From contig CAYTWD010000001.1 of NCBI GenBank assembly GCA_964441065.1, forward strand, positions 5,975 to 69,974: a DNA stretch of 64,000 bases, given 5' to 3'. Origin of the DNA: an uncultured Candidatus Peribacteria bacterium. Its GTDB lineage: Bacteria > Patescibacteriota > Gracilibacteria > UBA1369 > 2-02-FULL-48-14. How positions within the stretch are numbered: position 1 is the first letter of the stretch; each line of letters begins with the position of its first letter. Below are positions 46,285 to 55,880 of this stretch, piece by piece. The position numbers and the translations under genes were made by a program. A model generated the notes under the pieces. The model saw only the letters and a list, made by a program, of their open reading frames with translations. It was not told the origin of the DNA and ran no database searches.

Positions 46285-47244
46285 ATGAAAACAGCTTTAA
46301 TTACAGGCATAACAGGTCAAGACGGATCTTACTTGGCGGAATATTTACTTTCGCTGGGTTATAAAGTCTATGGTTTGGTTAGACGCGCAAGCGGAAATAA
46401 TCTGGGAAGAGTTTCTCATTTGCTAGACAAAGTGGAAATTGTCTACGGTGATCTGCAAGATATGTCTTCTTTAATCACTGCGATTGAAAAGTCCAAACCT
46501 GATGAAATCTATAATCTTGCGGCGCAATCTTTTGTGGGTAGTTCTTTCACAATGCCGGTTTTAACCAGTTCAGTTACTGGATTGGGAGCACTAAATTTAT
46601 TTGAAGCGGCAAGACTAACAAAAAAAGACGCAAAAATTTATCAAGCTTCTTCAAGCGAAATGTTTGGAAAAGTTAGAGAAACACCTCAAACTGAAATGAC
46701 GCCATTCCATCCCAGAAGTCCTTACGGATTCGCTAAAGTTTTTGCGCACTTTGCGGCTATGAATTATCGGGAAAGTTATGGAATGTACATTTGCAGCGGA
46801 ATTTTATTCAATCACGAATCGCCAAGAAGAGGAGAGGAATTCGTAACGAGAAAAATAAGTATGGGAGTTGCTAAAATTAAACTTGGTTTAGCCAAAGAAA
46901 TTCATTTGGGAAATCTTGATGCAAAACGTGACTGGGGATTTGCAGGAGATTACGTGAAGGCCATGCACCTGATGCTTCAACAAGAAACCGCCGAAGATTT
47001 TGTAATCGGGATGGGTGAAACTCATAGTATTAAGGAATTTTTAGACCTAGCCTTTGCAGAAATTGGGATAAGTGACTGGAAACCCTATGTAAAAATAAAT
47101 CCCGATTTCATCCGTCCCGCGGAAGTGGATATTTTGATTGCCGACGCTTCAAACGCAAGGAAAAAACTAAACTGGTCACCTGAGTTCGACTTTGGCGATT
47201 TGGTAAAAATGATGGTCAGGGCAGATATTGAACTATTATCTTGA
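46285..47244 (+). CDS. gmd: GDP-mannose 4,6-dehydratase
   Basis: 319 aa. Contains ALITGITGQDGSYLAEYLL, QASSSEMFG, SPYGFAK and LFNHESPRRG. Confidence 0.9.
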   Translation: MKTALITGITGQDGSYLAEYLLSLGYKVYGLVRRASGNNLGRVSHLLDKVEIVYGDLQDMSSLITAIEKSKPDEIYNLAAQSFVGSSFTMPVLTSSVTGLGALNLFEAARLTKKDAKIYQASSSEMFGKVRETPQTEMTPFHPRSPYGFAKVFAHFAAMNYRESYGMYICSGILFNHESPRRGEEFVTRKISMGVAKIKLGLAKEIHLGNLDAKRDWGFAGDYVKAMHLMLQQETAEDFVIGMGETHSIKEFLDLAFAEIGISDWKPYVKINPDFIRPAEVDILIADASNARKKLNWSPEFDFGDLVKMMVRADIELLS

Positions 47245-47245
47245 T

Positions 47246-48442
47246 ATGAAATATCCCGTACAAATTGGCGTTGGATGCGCTGATATTACAGATTTGGAGA
47301 AAAAATATGTAAACGAGGTTTTAGATTCCGGTCGGCTTTCTTACGGGAAATTTTCTCAAGCTTTTGAAAGAAAATTCGCAGATGCCCATGACAGAAAATT
47401 TGCAATTGTAAGTAATAGTGGGACAAGTTCTCTACAAATTGCATTGGCGGCCATGAAGGAAAGATGGAAATGGCAAGACGATGATGAAGTTATCGTTCCT
47501 GCACTCACATTTATTGCGACTTCAAACATTGTTTTACAAAATAATATGAAGGTTGTTTTTGTTGATATCAATCCGCTTACATACAACATTGATCCCGCAA
47601 AAATCGAAGCCGCGATAAGTCCAAAAACTCGCGCGATAATTCCGGTCCATCTTTTCGGCTTACCTTGTGACATGGATGCGATTTGCGAAATCGCAAAGAA
47701 GCATAATCTAAAAATTCTGGAAGATTCATGTGAAACAATGCTGGTTTCAGCGCAAGGTCATAAAGTTGGTTCACGTGGAGATATTGCTTGTTTTTCAACT
47801 TATATGGCACATTTAATTGTCACCGGAGTAGGCGGACTTTCACTTACAAATGATGACGAACTTGCAATAATGATGAAGAGTTATTTGAATCATGGTCGGG
47901 ACTCCATTTATTTAAAAATTGACGACGACAAAGATACAAATTCATCCGAGTCACTATTTAAAATTGTAGACAGAAGATTTAGTTTTATTAGAATGGGTTA
48001 CAGTTATCGAATAACGGAAATGGAAGCGGCGCTTGGACTCGCGCAAATTGAAAGAAAAGACGAGGTAATTGAGACTCGTAAAAAGAACGCCACAAAATTA
48101 ACGGAAGGCCTTAAAGAACTGGAAAAATATCTGCAACTTCCAAGTGCACCTGACGGTTTTGAACATGCCTTCATGATGTATCCGATTGTCTTAAAAAATA
48201 GCATTGCGCGTGATCCCTTAATTATCTTCTTAGAAGAAAGAAATATAGAAACTCGCTACATGGTGCCACTGATAAACCAACCTTATTATTTGGAACTTTT
48301 TGGTGATTTAGCCCCAAAATTTCCAAATGCGGACTACGTGAACAAACATGGTTTTTATATTGGATGTCACAAGGCGATTGGAGACGCTGAAATAAAATTT
48401 ATTGTTGATACTTTCAAAGAATATTTTTCAAAAAATGCCTAA
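47246..48442 (+). CDS. colD: DegT-fold enzyme with His replacing the PLP lysine: GDP-4-keto-6-deoxymannose 3-dehydratase (ColD)-like
   Basis: The active-site segment FSTYMAHLIVTGVGG aligns with FSF..K.IT.GEGG of the other four DegT paralogs in this window. His sits at the Lys position, as in ColD and E1 3-dehydratases. The gene lies directly between gmd and an SDR. Confidence 0.6.
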   Translation: MKYPVQIGVGCADITDLEKKYVNEVLDSGRLSYGKFSQAFERKFADAHDRKFAIVSNSGTSSLQIALAAMKERWKWQDDDEVIVPALTFIATSNIVLQNNMKVVFVDINPLTYNIDPAKIEAAISPKTRAIIPVHLFGLPCDMDAICEIAKKHNLKILEDSCETMLVSAQGHKVGSRGDIACFSTYMAHLIVTGVGGLSLTNDDELAIMMKSYLNHGRDSIYLKIDDDKDTNSSESLFKIVDRRFSFIRMGYSYRITEMEAALGLAQIERKDEVIETRKKNATKLTEGLKELEKYLQLPSAPDGFEHAFMMYPIVLKNSIARDPLIIFLEERNIETRYMVPLINQPYYLELFGDLAPKFPNADYVNKHGFYIGCHKAIGDAEIKFIVDTFKEYFSKNA

Positions 48443-49343
48443 AGTTTTAATTACCGGCGGCAATGGTTTTCTTGGAAGAAATATAATTCCGGAACTTCTT
48501 GACGGGGGATTTGATATTACAAATTTATCCCTTCATCCGGTTAAAAATCCAAAAATTAAAAATATTATTTTCGACGCTTTTAAAGATGACATATCAGAAC
48601 TTTTGAAAAATATGGATTTCGATTTTGTAATCCATTTAGCGGCTTATGCGAGCCCAAAACTTGCAGATGACTTAAGTAAAACAATGGAATTGAATGTTGT
48701 GATGACAGAAAAACTTCTAAAAATCGCCTCAAATTTTTCATCTATGAAGGCATTTTTATTTTTTTCTTCAGCAACAACTTATTCTGATGAGGCGGAGCGA
48801 CCTTTAAAAGAAGATTCCGCGCAAAAACCACATGAAGGTGATAACTATGCCTTATCAAAAATTGAGGCGGAAAAAGTATGTATAAAATATATATCAAAAG
48901 GTTTGCCGGTCAAAATTTTAAGGCTTACAAATTGTTTTGGGCCGTATCAAGCTTGGCAAACAAAACCGAATCTTATTCCTCAAATCATAAAAGATGCGAT
49001 TCTCGAAAAGAAAATCACCATTTTAAACGGAAGTCACACAAGAGATTTTTTATATTCAAAAGATTTGGCGAGAATCATAAGTCTAACTTTAGTGGGAAAT
49101 AATGATTTCAATATATTAAATGTCGCCAGTGGTGAATTACATGAAGTAGGTATGATTGCGAAATTTATTTCTAAGCAGTTAAATGTACCATTGGAAGATC
49201 AAAAAAAAGAAATTAACAGATCAAAAGATCTAACATTGGATACAAATCGATTCCAAAAAATATTTCCAAATTTTATTTTTACGCCAATTGAAAAAGCGTT
49301 AAAAGAGACTCTCGATTTTTATATTTCAGAAATTGCGACATGA
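48435..49343 (+). CDS. NAD(P)-dependent epimerase/reductase (ColC/GDP-6-deoxyhexose reductase candidate)
   Basis: Contains MPKVLITGGNGFLG and YALSK. The start overlaps the upstream gene by 8 nt. Confidence 0.65.
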   Translation: MPKVLITGGNGFLGRNIIPELLDGGFDITNLSLHPVKNPKIKNIIFDAFKDDISELLKNMDFDFVIHLAAYASPKLADDLSKTMELNVVMTEKLLKIASNFSSMKAFLFFSSATTYSDEAERPLKEDSAQKPHEGDNYALSKIEAEKVCIKYISKGLPVKILRLTNCFGPYQAWQTKPNLIPQIIKDAILEKKITILNGSHTRDFLYSKDLARIISLTLVGNNDFNILNVASGELHEVGMIAKFISKQLNVPLEDQKKEINRSKDLTLDTNRFQKIFPNFIFTPIEKALKETLDFYISEIAT

Positions 49344-50065
49344 AAAAATCTTTAATAGTTATTCCAACAAAAAATGAAAAGGCAAATATCGCTTTTATGA
49401 TAAAAAGTGTATTAAAATATATGCCGCAATCCACAGTTATTGTTGTGGATGATAATTCCAGAGATCATACAGCCGACGAAGTTAGGAAATTTTCAAAAGA
49501 CAGAAGAGTTAAATTAATTGTTAGGAAATCAAAAAAGGGTAGAGGAGGAGCTGTTTTAGATGGTTTTAAGTGGGGATATATAAATGGCTCTTTCGATTAT
49601 TTTTTTGAAATGGACGCGGATTTTTCACACGACCCCAAAGATCTCCCAAGACTTTTGGAAAAACTCAAATCCGGCTTTGATGTCGTGATCGGATCTCGTT
49701 ATTTACCCGAAAGCAAGATTATAAATTGGGGCTGGAAAAGAGAGTTTTTCAGCAAATATGCTAATCTTTACACTCGTAGAATTTTAAAAGTTCCAATACA
49801 CGATTTTACTAATGGATACAGAGCATATAAAAGGGACATAGTCGGGTCATTTTTATTCAGAAAAATGATAACAAGTGGATATATTGTTTTGAGCGAATTC
49901 ATTTATATCGCATACTTAAGCGGGAAAAAAATTGGTAAAATTCCCATTGTATTTGTTAACAGAGTTAGGGGAGAATCAAATCTGACTTTGAAAGAAATTA
50001 TCTCGGCAATGTATGGTGTAATTAAACTCAGGATAAAATATAAGGAGTTAACAAAAAAAACATGA
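49340..50065 (+). CDS. GT2 polyprenyl-phosphate glycosyltransferase (Dpm1/ArnC-like)
   Basis: 241 aa. Contains VIPTKNE, VVDDNSRDHT, MDADFSHDP and IGSRY. Confidence 0.85.
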   Translation: MKKSLIVIPTKNEKANIAFMIKSVLKYMPQSTVIVVDDNSRDHTADEVRKFSKDRRVKLIVRKSKKGRGGAVLDGFKWGYINGSFDYFFEMDADFSHDPKDLPRLLEKLKSGFDVVIGSRYLPESKIINWGWKREFFSKYANLYTRRILKVPIHDFTNGYRAYKRDIVGSFLFRKMITSGYIVLSEFIYIAYLSGKKIGKIPIVFVNRVRGESNLTLKEIISAMYGVIKLRIKYKELTKKT

Positions 50066-50781
50066 AAGTTTCATTCATACTTCCAAGTTATAATGAGCAC
50101 GACCATATAGTTACATTCATTCGTGAGATTCAAAGAGCGGCGGAAAAAGAAAATGTAGATTATGAGGTTATCCTGGTTGATGATAATTCTCCAGATAAAA
50201 CCGGCGAATTTGTTGAGCAATCTTTCAAAAACTCTAAAAATGTAAAAGTCATAATAAGAAAAAATGAAAAAGGTTTAGCAACGGCGATTTTAAGAGGAAT
50301 TAATGAATCAACAGGTACACACATTGTTTTGATGGACACCGACTTTAATCACGATCCTAAATATTTAAAACAATTTTTTGAGCTATCAAAATTTTACGAC
50401 ATAGTTACAGGTTCAAGATATACCTGGGGAGGTGACATGGAAGGTGGTCGTTCAAGATATATCGGTAGCATGGTTTTCAACTACTTTTTATCTTTAATTC
50501 TTTCAATGAAATCCACCGATAATACAGGCGGCTTTGTACTTTTCAAAAAATCAATTTTGGAAAAAATGAATACTAAAAAAATATTTACAGGGTACGGCGA
50601 ATTTTATTTTAGATTTTTATTGGCGGCGCAATATTTAAATAAATCTTGCATAGAAATTCCGGTTGTTTACGGATTGCGTGCATCGGGTGACAGTAAAACA
50701 TATTTTGGCAAATACATTTTCATATATACTTTTGAAGGATTGAAACTTTTATTCTCAGGTAGGTCTTTAATTAAAAAATAA
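50062..50781 (+). CDS. GT2 polyprenyl-phosphate glycosyltransferase (Dpm1/ArnC-like), tandem paralog
   Basis: 239 aa. Contains ILPSYNE, LVDDNSPDKT, MDTDFNHDP and TGSRY. Confidence 0.85.
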   Translation: MKVSFILPSYNEHDHIVTFIREIQRAAEKENVDYEVILVDDNSPDKTGEFVEQSFKNSKNVKVIIRKNEKGLATAILRGINESTGTHIVLMDTDFNHDPKYLKQFFELSKFYDIVTGSRYTWGGDMEGGRSRYIGSMVFNYFLSLILSMKSTDNTGGFVLFKKSILEKMNTKKIFTGYGEFYFRFLLAAQYLNKSCIEIPVVYGLRASGDSKTYFGKYIFIYTFEGLKLLFSGRSLIKK

Positions 50782-51863
50782 TGGATTTTATACCTCAAAT
50801 TCAGCCATGGATTGATAACGCGGAGCTTGAAGAACTCGCAAAAGTTATCAAATCAACTTATATTAGTGAAAATGAAGCCACAAAAGAATTCGAAAGCTTA
50901 CTTCAACAAATCACGGGCGCAAAATATGTTATTGCATACGCGAACGGAACGCTCGGCCTAGCGGCCTCGCTTATGGTTTTGGGAATTGGCCAAGGTGATG
51001 AAGTAATCGTCCCCGATTTAACTTTTATCGCCACGGCAAACGCTGTAATTTTGGCGGGAGCAACACCTGTTATTTGCGATATTAATGAAAGCGGATGGCA
51101 AATGTCGCCGGCATCGCTACGTTCCAAAATTACATCCAAGACCAAGGCTGTAATCCCTGTTCATCTTTACGGCCAATCGGCTAAAATGGATGAAATAATT
51201 TCCATTGCAAAGGATCACAAGATTTTTGTGATTGAAGATGCTGCTGAAAGCATTGGAACAACTTATAATGGCAAACACGTTGGTACAATTGGTGATATTG
51301 GAATGATCTCCTTTTACGCGAACAAAATCATTACAAGTGCCGAAGGTGCCGTAATGCTCACGAACGACGAAAAACTTGCTAAAGAATTATATAAAATGAA
51401 AAACCACGGTCGTGAGAAAAAAGGAATTTTTATTCATGAAAGTATTGGTTTCAATTTTAGTTTTTCAGATATAAATGCAGCGGTTGGGATTGCGCAACTA
51501 AAAAAACTATCTAAAATTTTAACTCGAAAGAAAGAAATTAATGATAAATACTTAGCAGAATTAAAATCCATCGTAAAATTTTACGAACATCCACCGGAAA
51601 CTTCACCGGTTTATTGGTTCACAAATATTGAAATTCCTGACGCCGGAAAACTCGAAAAATTTTTAAGAGAAAATGGAATCGGTTCTAGAAGGTATTTTTA
51701 TCCTCTACACCTTCAACCTTGTTATAAAGGCAAATTTGGTACCGATTTCCCTAATGCAACAAAAGCTTATGAAACTGGATTATCTCTACCTTCCAGCTAT
51801 TCACTAACTGATGAACAACAGTCCTACGTAATCTCAAAAATAAAAGAATTTTTTAAATCATGA
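50781..51863 (+). CDS. DegT-family aminotransferase (ArnB-like)
   Basis: 360 aa. PLP-Lys motif ISFYANKIITSAEGA. Confidence 0.85.
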   Translation: MDFIPQIQPWIDNAELEELAKVIKSTYISENEATKEFESLLQQITGAKYVIAYANGTLGLAASLMVLGIGQGDEVIVPDLTFIATANAVILAGATPVICDINESGWQMSPASLRSKITSKTKAVIPVHLYGQSAKMDEIISIAKDHKIFVIEDAAESIGTTYNGKHVGTIGDIGMISFYANKIITSAEGAVMLTNDEKLAKELYKMKNHGREKKGIFIHESIGFNFSFSDINAAVGIAQLKKLSKILTRKKEINDKYLAELKSIVKFYEHPPETSPVYWFTNIEIPDAGKLEKFLRENGIGSRRYFYPLHLQPCYKGKFGTDFPNATKAYETGLSLPSSYSLTDEQQSYVISKIKEFFKS

Positions 51864-53773
51864 CAATTTTTTTTACGCCATTCGCACTTTTTTTACCCGG
51901 CTATCTTTTTTTAAAATTAATTTGGGGAAAGAATGAAAAACTGAATTTTTGGGAAGCAATGATTTTGAGCGTGACTCTTAGCTTTCTTTTTTCTTACCCA
52001 CTTGGGGTTGCAAACAATATTTTTGAGTATTCCCAAACCCCTTATCAGGTTCATATTGACACTTTATTCCCTCTTTATTTGCTACTTTCCGCCGGTTTAT
52101 ACGTCCTATCCAGAAAGAAAAAAACCTTCCATGAAAAAATAGAGCCCATAGAAAAGAAGTGGCTTTTCTTGATCCTCTCAATTCTCGGTTTTGCGATTTT
52201 TATGAGGATTTATGGCAATTCAAATCAGAATATAAATCAGGATGAGCAAGAACTCTCGCTCTATTCATACCATCTTATAGATGGGATATTTGTTGGAAGG
52301 AAGGCACTCTTTTTATCAACATCAATTCATTCCCCATTGGGCTTTTTCCTTTCTTTCATTACGTACAGCTTAATTGTCCCGTTCGGATATTTTTACTCGC
52401 CCGAATATATTGTCAGGAGTCCGATGATTATTTTTGGAATTCTTGAACTTTGTATCTTACTTCTTTTCGCAAAACGATTAAAAATTTCCAAATCAATGAC
52501 CGCCTTTGCTTTATTCCTTCTTGCAATTAACACATATGCCATTTTTGGATCTAGATTGATGATTCCGCAAGACGGCTCCATTTTTACATTTTTCGTCTTA
52601 ATTTTTTCATATTTCTACATTAAATTTTTAGACAAAAAAGATAAAACCACAAATCTTGATATTTTCTTGGTCGGCTTGCTTGCCACCGCCACCATTTTGG
52701 TAAAACTGGCTGCTGTATTTTTAATTCCTCCTTTTTTAATATTCTGGTTCTTAAAAAAGAAAGGTTTTAAAAATTTACTAAAAATTTCCTCGGTAGTTTT
52801 GTTCTTTTTTTTACCGGTAATTATTTTCAACATAATCGCATATAAAACGACAGGATATACTGATGTACCTACCGCTAAAGTCCTTAATTTCTTGGGGATT
52901 CATGCCAACTCAATAATGAATAATGAAGAGCTATATTCTTCAGCACTTCAGCCATTTTTTAAAACTCTACTGGGTTTTATTGAAATGCTCGCAGATCAAT
53001 GGTCTCTGCTAATTTCAATTAACTTCTTAGGCTCAATCCTGTTAATTTATCTTTTTAGGAAAAAATTTAAAGAGCAAAAAACCACTATAAACTTCTTTAT
53101 AACAGTATTCTTAGTTTCTATTATTTTTTTCTCATTGAACGGTTATAGAGCATATTATGCCGAATATTTGACACTTCCATTAATACTCTTGAGTCTTCTT
53201 GCCATGGAACAAATGCTTGTGAAGCATTTTATTTTGAAATATATCATAATTTTTTGGTCGTCGGTATTTACTCTAAGTTCATTTATCCACAGCATAAACA
53301 CACATATTTTAGTGATCCCAAGACCTGATTCCATTCAAATTGGTGAATTCGGTAGATTGGATCTTTATACATACGAAGAATTCAAACAACATAATTCTTT
53401 GGCTTCATGGAGTTTTTTACGCGATGACGGTTTCCCGGCACTGGCAAAATTTTTAAAGGGCAGCAGAGAATTGCTTGTGATTGAAGATAATTTTATAGAC
53501 GGATATGAACATCACTTCAGATGGTATATTGGAATCCACCGCGATGTATCTAAATATTATTTAGGAGATTTTTATAAGGATGACTACAGGTTTACCACAA
53601 TTTCAAAATATGATTATTCCGAAAACGCCATTGCAATTATAGAGTACTCACCTGAAAAGCTTAAAGAAGGTGATATTTTAATTTACAACCACAATCAGAG
53701 GCCAAAGATGATTATCAGGTATTTAAAAATGCAAGAATCTCTTTCGCCCTCTCCCTCCAAGAGTATTTTTTAA
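51860..53773 (+). CDS. GT-C fold membrane glycosyltransferase (ArnT/PMT-like)
   Basis: 637 aa with at least 10 TM helices. A DE motif (NQDEQELSLYSY) lies in an N-terminal loop between TM helices, and there is a soluble C-terminal domain. The gene overlaps the upstream aminotransferase gene. Confidence 0.6.
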   Translation: MTIFFTPFALFLPGYLFLKLIWGKNEKLNFWEAMILSVTLSFLFSYPLGVANNIFEYSQTPYQVHIDTLFPLYLLLSAGLYVLSRKKKTFHEKIEPIEKKWLFLILSILGFAIFMRIYGNSNQNINQDEQELSLYSYHLIDGIFVGRKALFLSTSIHSPLGFFLSFITYSLIVPFGYFYSPEYIVRSPMIIFGILELCILLLFAKRLKISKSMTAFALFLLAINTYAIFGSRLMIPQDGSIFTFFVLIFSYFYIKFLDKKDKTTNLDIFLVGLLATATILVKLAAVFLIPPFLIFWFLKKKGFKNLLKISSVVLFFFLPVIIFNIIAYKTTGYTDVPTAKVLNFLGIHANSIMNNEELYSSALQPFFKTLLGFIEMLADQWSLLISINFLGSILLIYLFRKKFKEQKTTINFFITVFLVSIIFFSLNGYRAYYAEYLTLPLILLSLLAMEQMLVKHFILKYIIIFWSSVFTLSSFIHSINTHILVIPRPDSIQIGEFGRLDLYTYEEFKQHNSLASWSFLRDDGFPALAKFLKGSRELLVIEDNFIDGYEHHFRWYIGIHRDVSKYYLGDFYKDDYRFTTISKYDYSENAIAIIEYSPEKLKEGDILIYNHNQRPKMIIRYLKMQESLSPSPSKSIF

Positions 53774-54794
53774 CTGCATCCATAGCTGTCTTTCCCCGTT
53801 CTTCCTCTGAGTTCAAAGCGTCCAAAATTTTTTTTCTCAAATCATCCTCATGATCCGCTTTAAAAAACCAAGCCATTTTTTCATTTAAAATTGTTTTTAA
53901 GGCAGGCACGTCGCTCGCTAAAATTTTCTTTCCGCTGGCCATATATTCAAATAATTTTAGCGGTGAAGTATCTTCAGAAAAAACTGTATCTTTTGCACTG
54001 TTTGGGATCACCAAAAGATCCGCTTCCGCAATATATTTAGGAACTTCATAATGTCTAACGTAAGGCAAAACTTTTGATTTCTTTGCAATTTTTTGAAGGT
54101 GTTTAAACTCAGCGTCATCTTTGTTCCCTCCCAAAAAAACACACTGAATGTCTTTTAAATTCTCGCATGCTTTTGCAAGTGTGAGCACTCCTTTTTCTTT
54201 ATAAGGTGAACCCGTGTACAAAACAACTTTTTTCTTGCCAGTTTTTTTAAAGTTTCCAAATAAATCAATATCGACCCCATCATGCGCAATTAAAATTTCA
54301 CCTCTGTAAATTAGCGCGTATTTTCTTGCCAAAGCTTCACTTATGCAAACCACTCCGCGCGCTTTTCTAAGAAAAATACGATGTACTAATTTGCCCCCAA
54401 AACTTTTTGGGAAAGCATGTGCCTCGAAAAACCACTTACCACTGTATCCCATCAAGGGAAGAAAAGTCCTAGAGTAGATTGTATATTTTTTGAATTGCCT
54501 TCTTATCAAAATGAAGGAAAACGCAAAAGAAAAACTTTGGAAAAAATATGCAAGCAATCTTGGAACAAAATTACTCATTAGAAAATCCAGGCACCAAATT
54601 CTTTTAACTTTTATGTCATTTTTGAGGCCATAAAATTCTTTCGGAGAACCGAGCTCAGTAATTTGTTTTCGATTTGGTACAATCAATAAAACTTCAGCTC
54701 CCTGATTCAAAAAAGCCTCGCACATCTTGGCTATCTGAAGACCATGTGCTTTTTCAGTTGGGAACCTGTTATTACTTAAATAAAGTATTTTCAT
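53715..54794 (-). CDS. glycosyltransferase family 4
   Basis: Starts MKILYLSNNRFPTEKAHG and contains the C-terminal motif SPLKLFEYMASGKKIL. The start overlaps the upstream stop in an ATGA arrangement. The ORF is open up to 54815. Confidence 0.8.
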   Translation of the reverse strand: MKILYLSNNRFPTEKAHGLQIAKMCEAFLNQGAEVLLIVPNRKQITELGSPKEFYGLKNDIKVKRIWCLDFLMSNFVPRLLAYFFQSFSFAFSFILIRRQFKKYTIYSRTFLPLMGYSGKWFFEAHAFPKSFGGKLVHRIFLRKARGVVCISEALARKYALIYRGEILIAHDGVDIDLFGNFKKTGKKKVVLYTGSPYKEKGVLTLAKACENLKDIQCVFLGGNKDDAEFKHLQKIAKKSKVLPYVRHYEVPKYIAEADLLVIPNSAKDTVFSEDTSPLKLFEYMASGKKILASDVPALKTILNEKMAWFFKADHEDDLRKKILDALNSEEERGKTAMDAVKKYSWRERAKEILAFLNT

Positions 54795-55423
54795 TGTTTT
54801 TCCGCGACAATACAAAGATAAGTTCCCATTCTTGTAAAAGGCCAGAAATTTAAAGCCGGATTTCTGTACTGCGCGGGTAAATACGGAATTGATAAATTTC
54901 TTGTAGTAACTTCAATCACCTTCAAATTATTCATTGCCAAAATATTGCAAAGCGAAAGTGGTTCCCAAAATATTTTATGATCATGATTACCCAAAAATCC
55001 CCTATAATTTTTTCTCTCGTAAGGTTTGGGTGAAAGAAACCAATACTTTAACCAATTTAAAAATCCATAACAGCAAGGAGTTGTGAGAATAAATTTACCA
55101 CCTTTTTCCAATACTCTTGAAACCTCCGCGAAACCTTTAACGCTGTCTAAAACATGCTCAACAACTTCAAGCAAAATAACCGTATCAAAAGATGCATCTT
55201 CATAAGGCATTTCCAGGAAAGAACCGACTTTTGTATTAGGAAAATTATATTTATTAACCAATTTCTCATTTGTATCTATTCCGGCCATAAATGAATCCGG
55301 ATTCATTTTCCTAAGTAATTTGTGTAATGCCGCATCTTTTTCCTCTTCACCGGCAAAGCCGATATCCAATATGCGCTTACCCAAGCTTTTTTTTGTTACC
55401 CAATCTATTCTTCCGTTGGCCAT
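54791..55423 (-). CDS. class I SAM-dependent methyltransferase
   Basis: Contains ILDIGFAG, FDTVILLEVVEHV and LEKGGKFILT. Confidence 0.7.
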   Translation of the reverse strand: MANGRIDWVTKKSLGKRILDIGFAGEEEKDAALHKLLRKMNPDSFMAGIDTNEKLVNKYNFPNTKVGSFLEMPYEDASFDTVILLEVVEHVLDSVKGFAEVSRVLEKGGKFILTTPCCYGFLNWLKYWFLSPKPYERKNYRGFLGNHDHKIFWEPLSLCNILAMNNLKVIEVTTRNLSIPYLPAQYRNPALNFWPFTRMGTYLCIVAEKQ

Positions 55424-55469
55424 GAAATTTAGATAGAATCTGCAGAATTATACAGGTATAATTCGCGAC

Positions 55470-55880
55470 ATGAAACAGCACTTAGAAAAAATCCCCGTAA
55501 GCCTCAGACAATTCATCAAATTCTGTTTCGTGGGCTTACTAAACACCGCAATTGATACATTTGCCTATATTTTTTTCACCAGGGTTCTTGGGATATTTTA
55601 CCTTTTGGCAAACATATTTGCCTTTATGATCTCCTCAACTAACAGCTATTTTTTAAATAGGGTTTTTACTTTTAAAAGCACTCACGATAAAAAGAAACTG
55701 GAGTACGGAAAGTTTATGAGTGTCTTGCTTGTTGGTTTGTTTCTGGCTGAAATTGTTCTCTTTATCTGTGTACACTTCTTTGGTCTCGATGACATTATTG
55801 GCAAGCTAAGCGCAATCGCAGTTGTTCTATTCTGGAATTTCTTTGGAAGTAAGTTTTTTGTCTTTAAAATAAAGAAGTAA
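55470..55880 (+). CDS. GtrA-family membrane protein
   Basis: 136 aa with four TM helices. Contains FIKFCFVGLLNTAID and NSYFLNRVFTFK. Confidence 0.8.
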   Translation: MKQHLEKIPVSLRQFIKFCFVGLLNTAIDTFAYIFFTRVLGIFYLLANIFAFMISSTNSYFLNRVFTFKSTHDKKKLEYGKFMSVLLVGLFLAEIVLFICVHFFGLDDIIGKLSAIAVVLFWNFFGSKFFVFKIKK

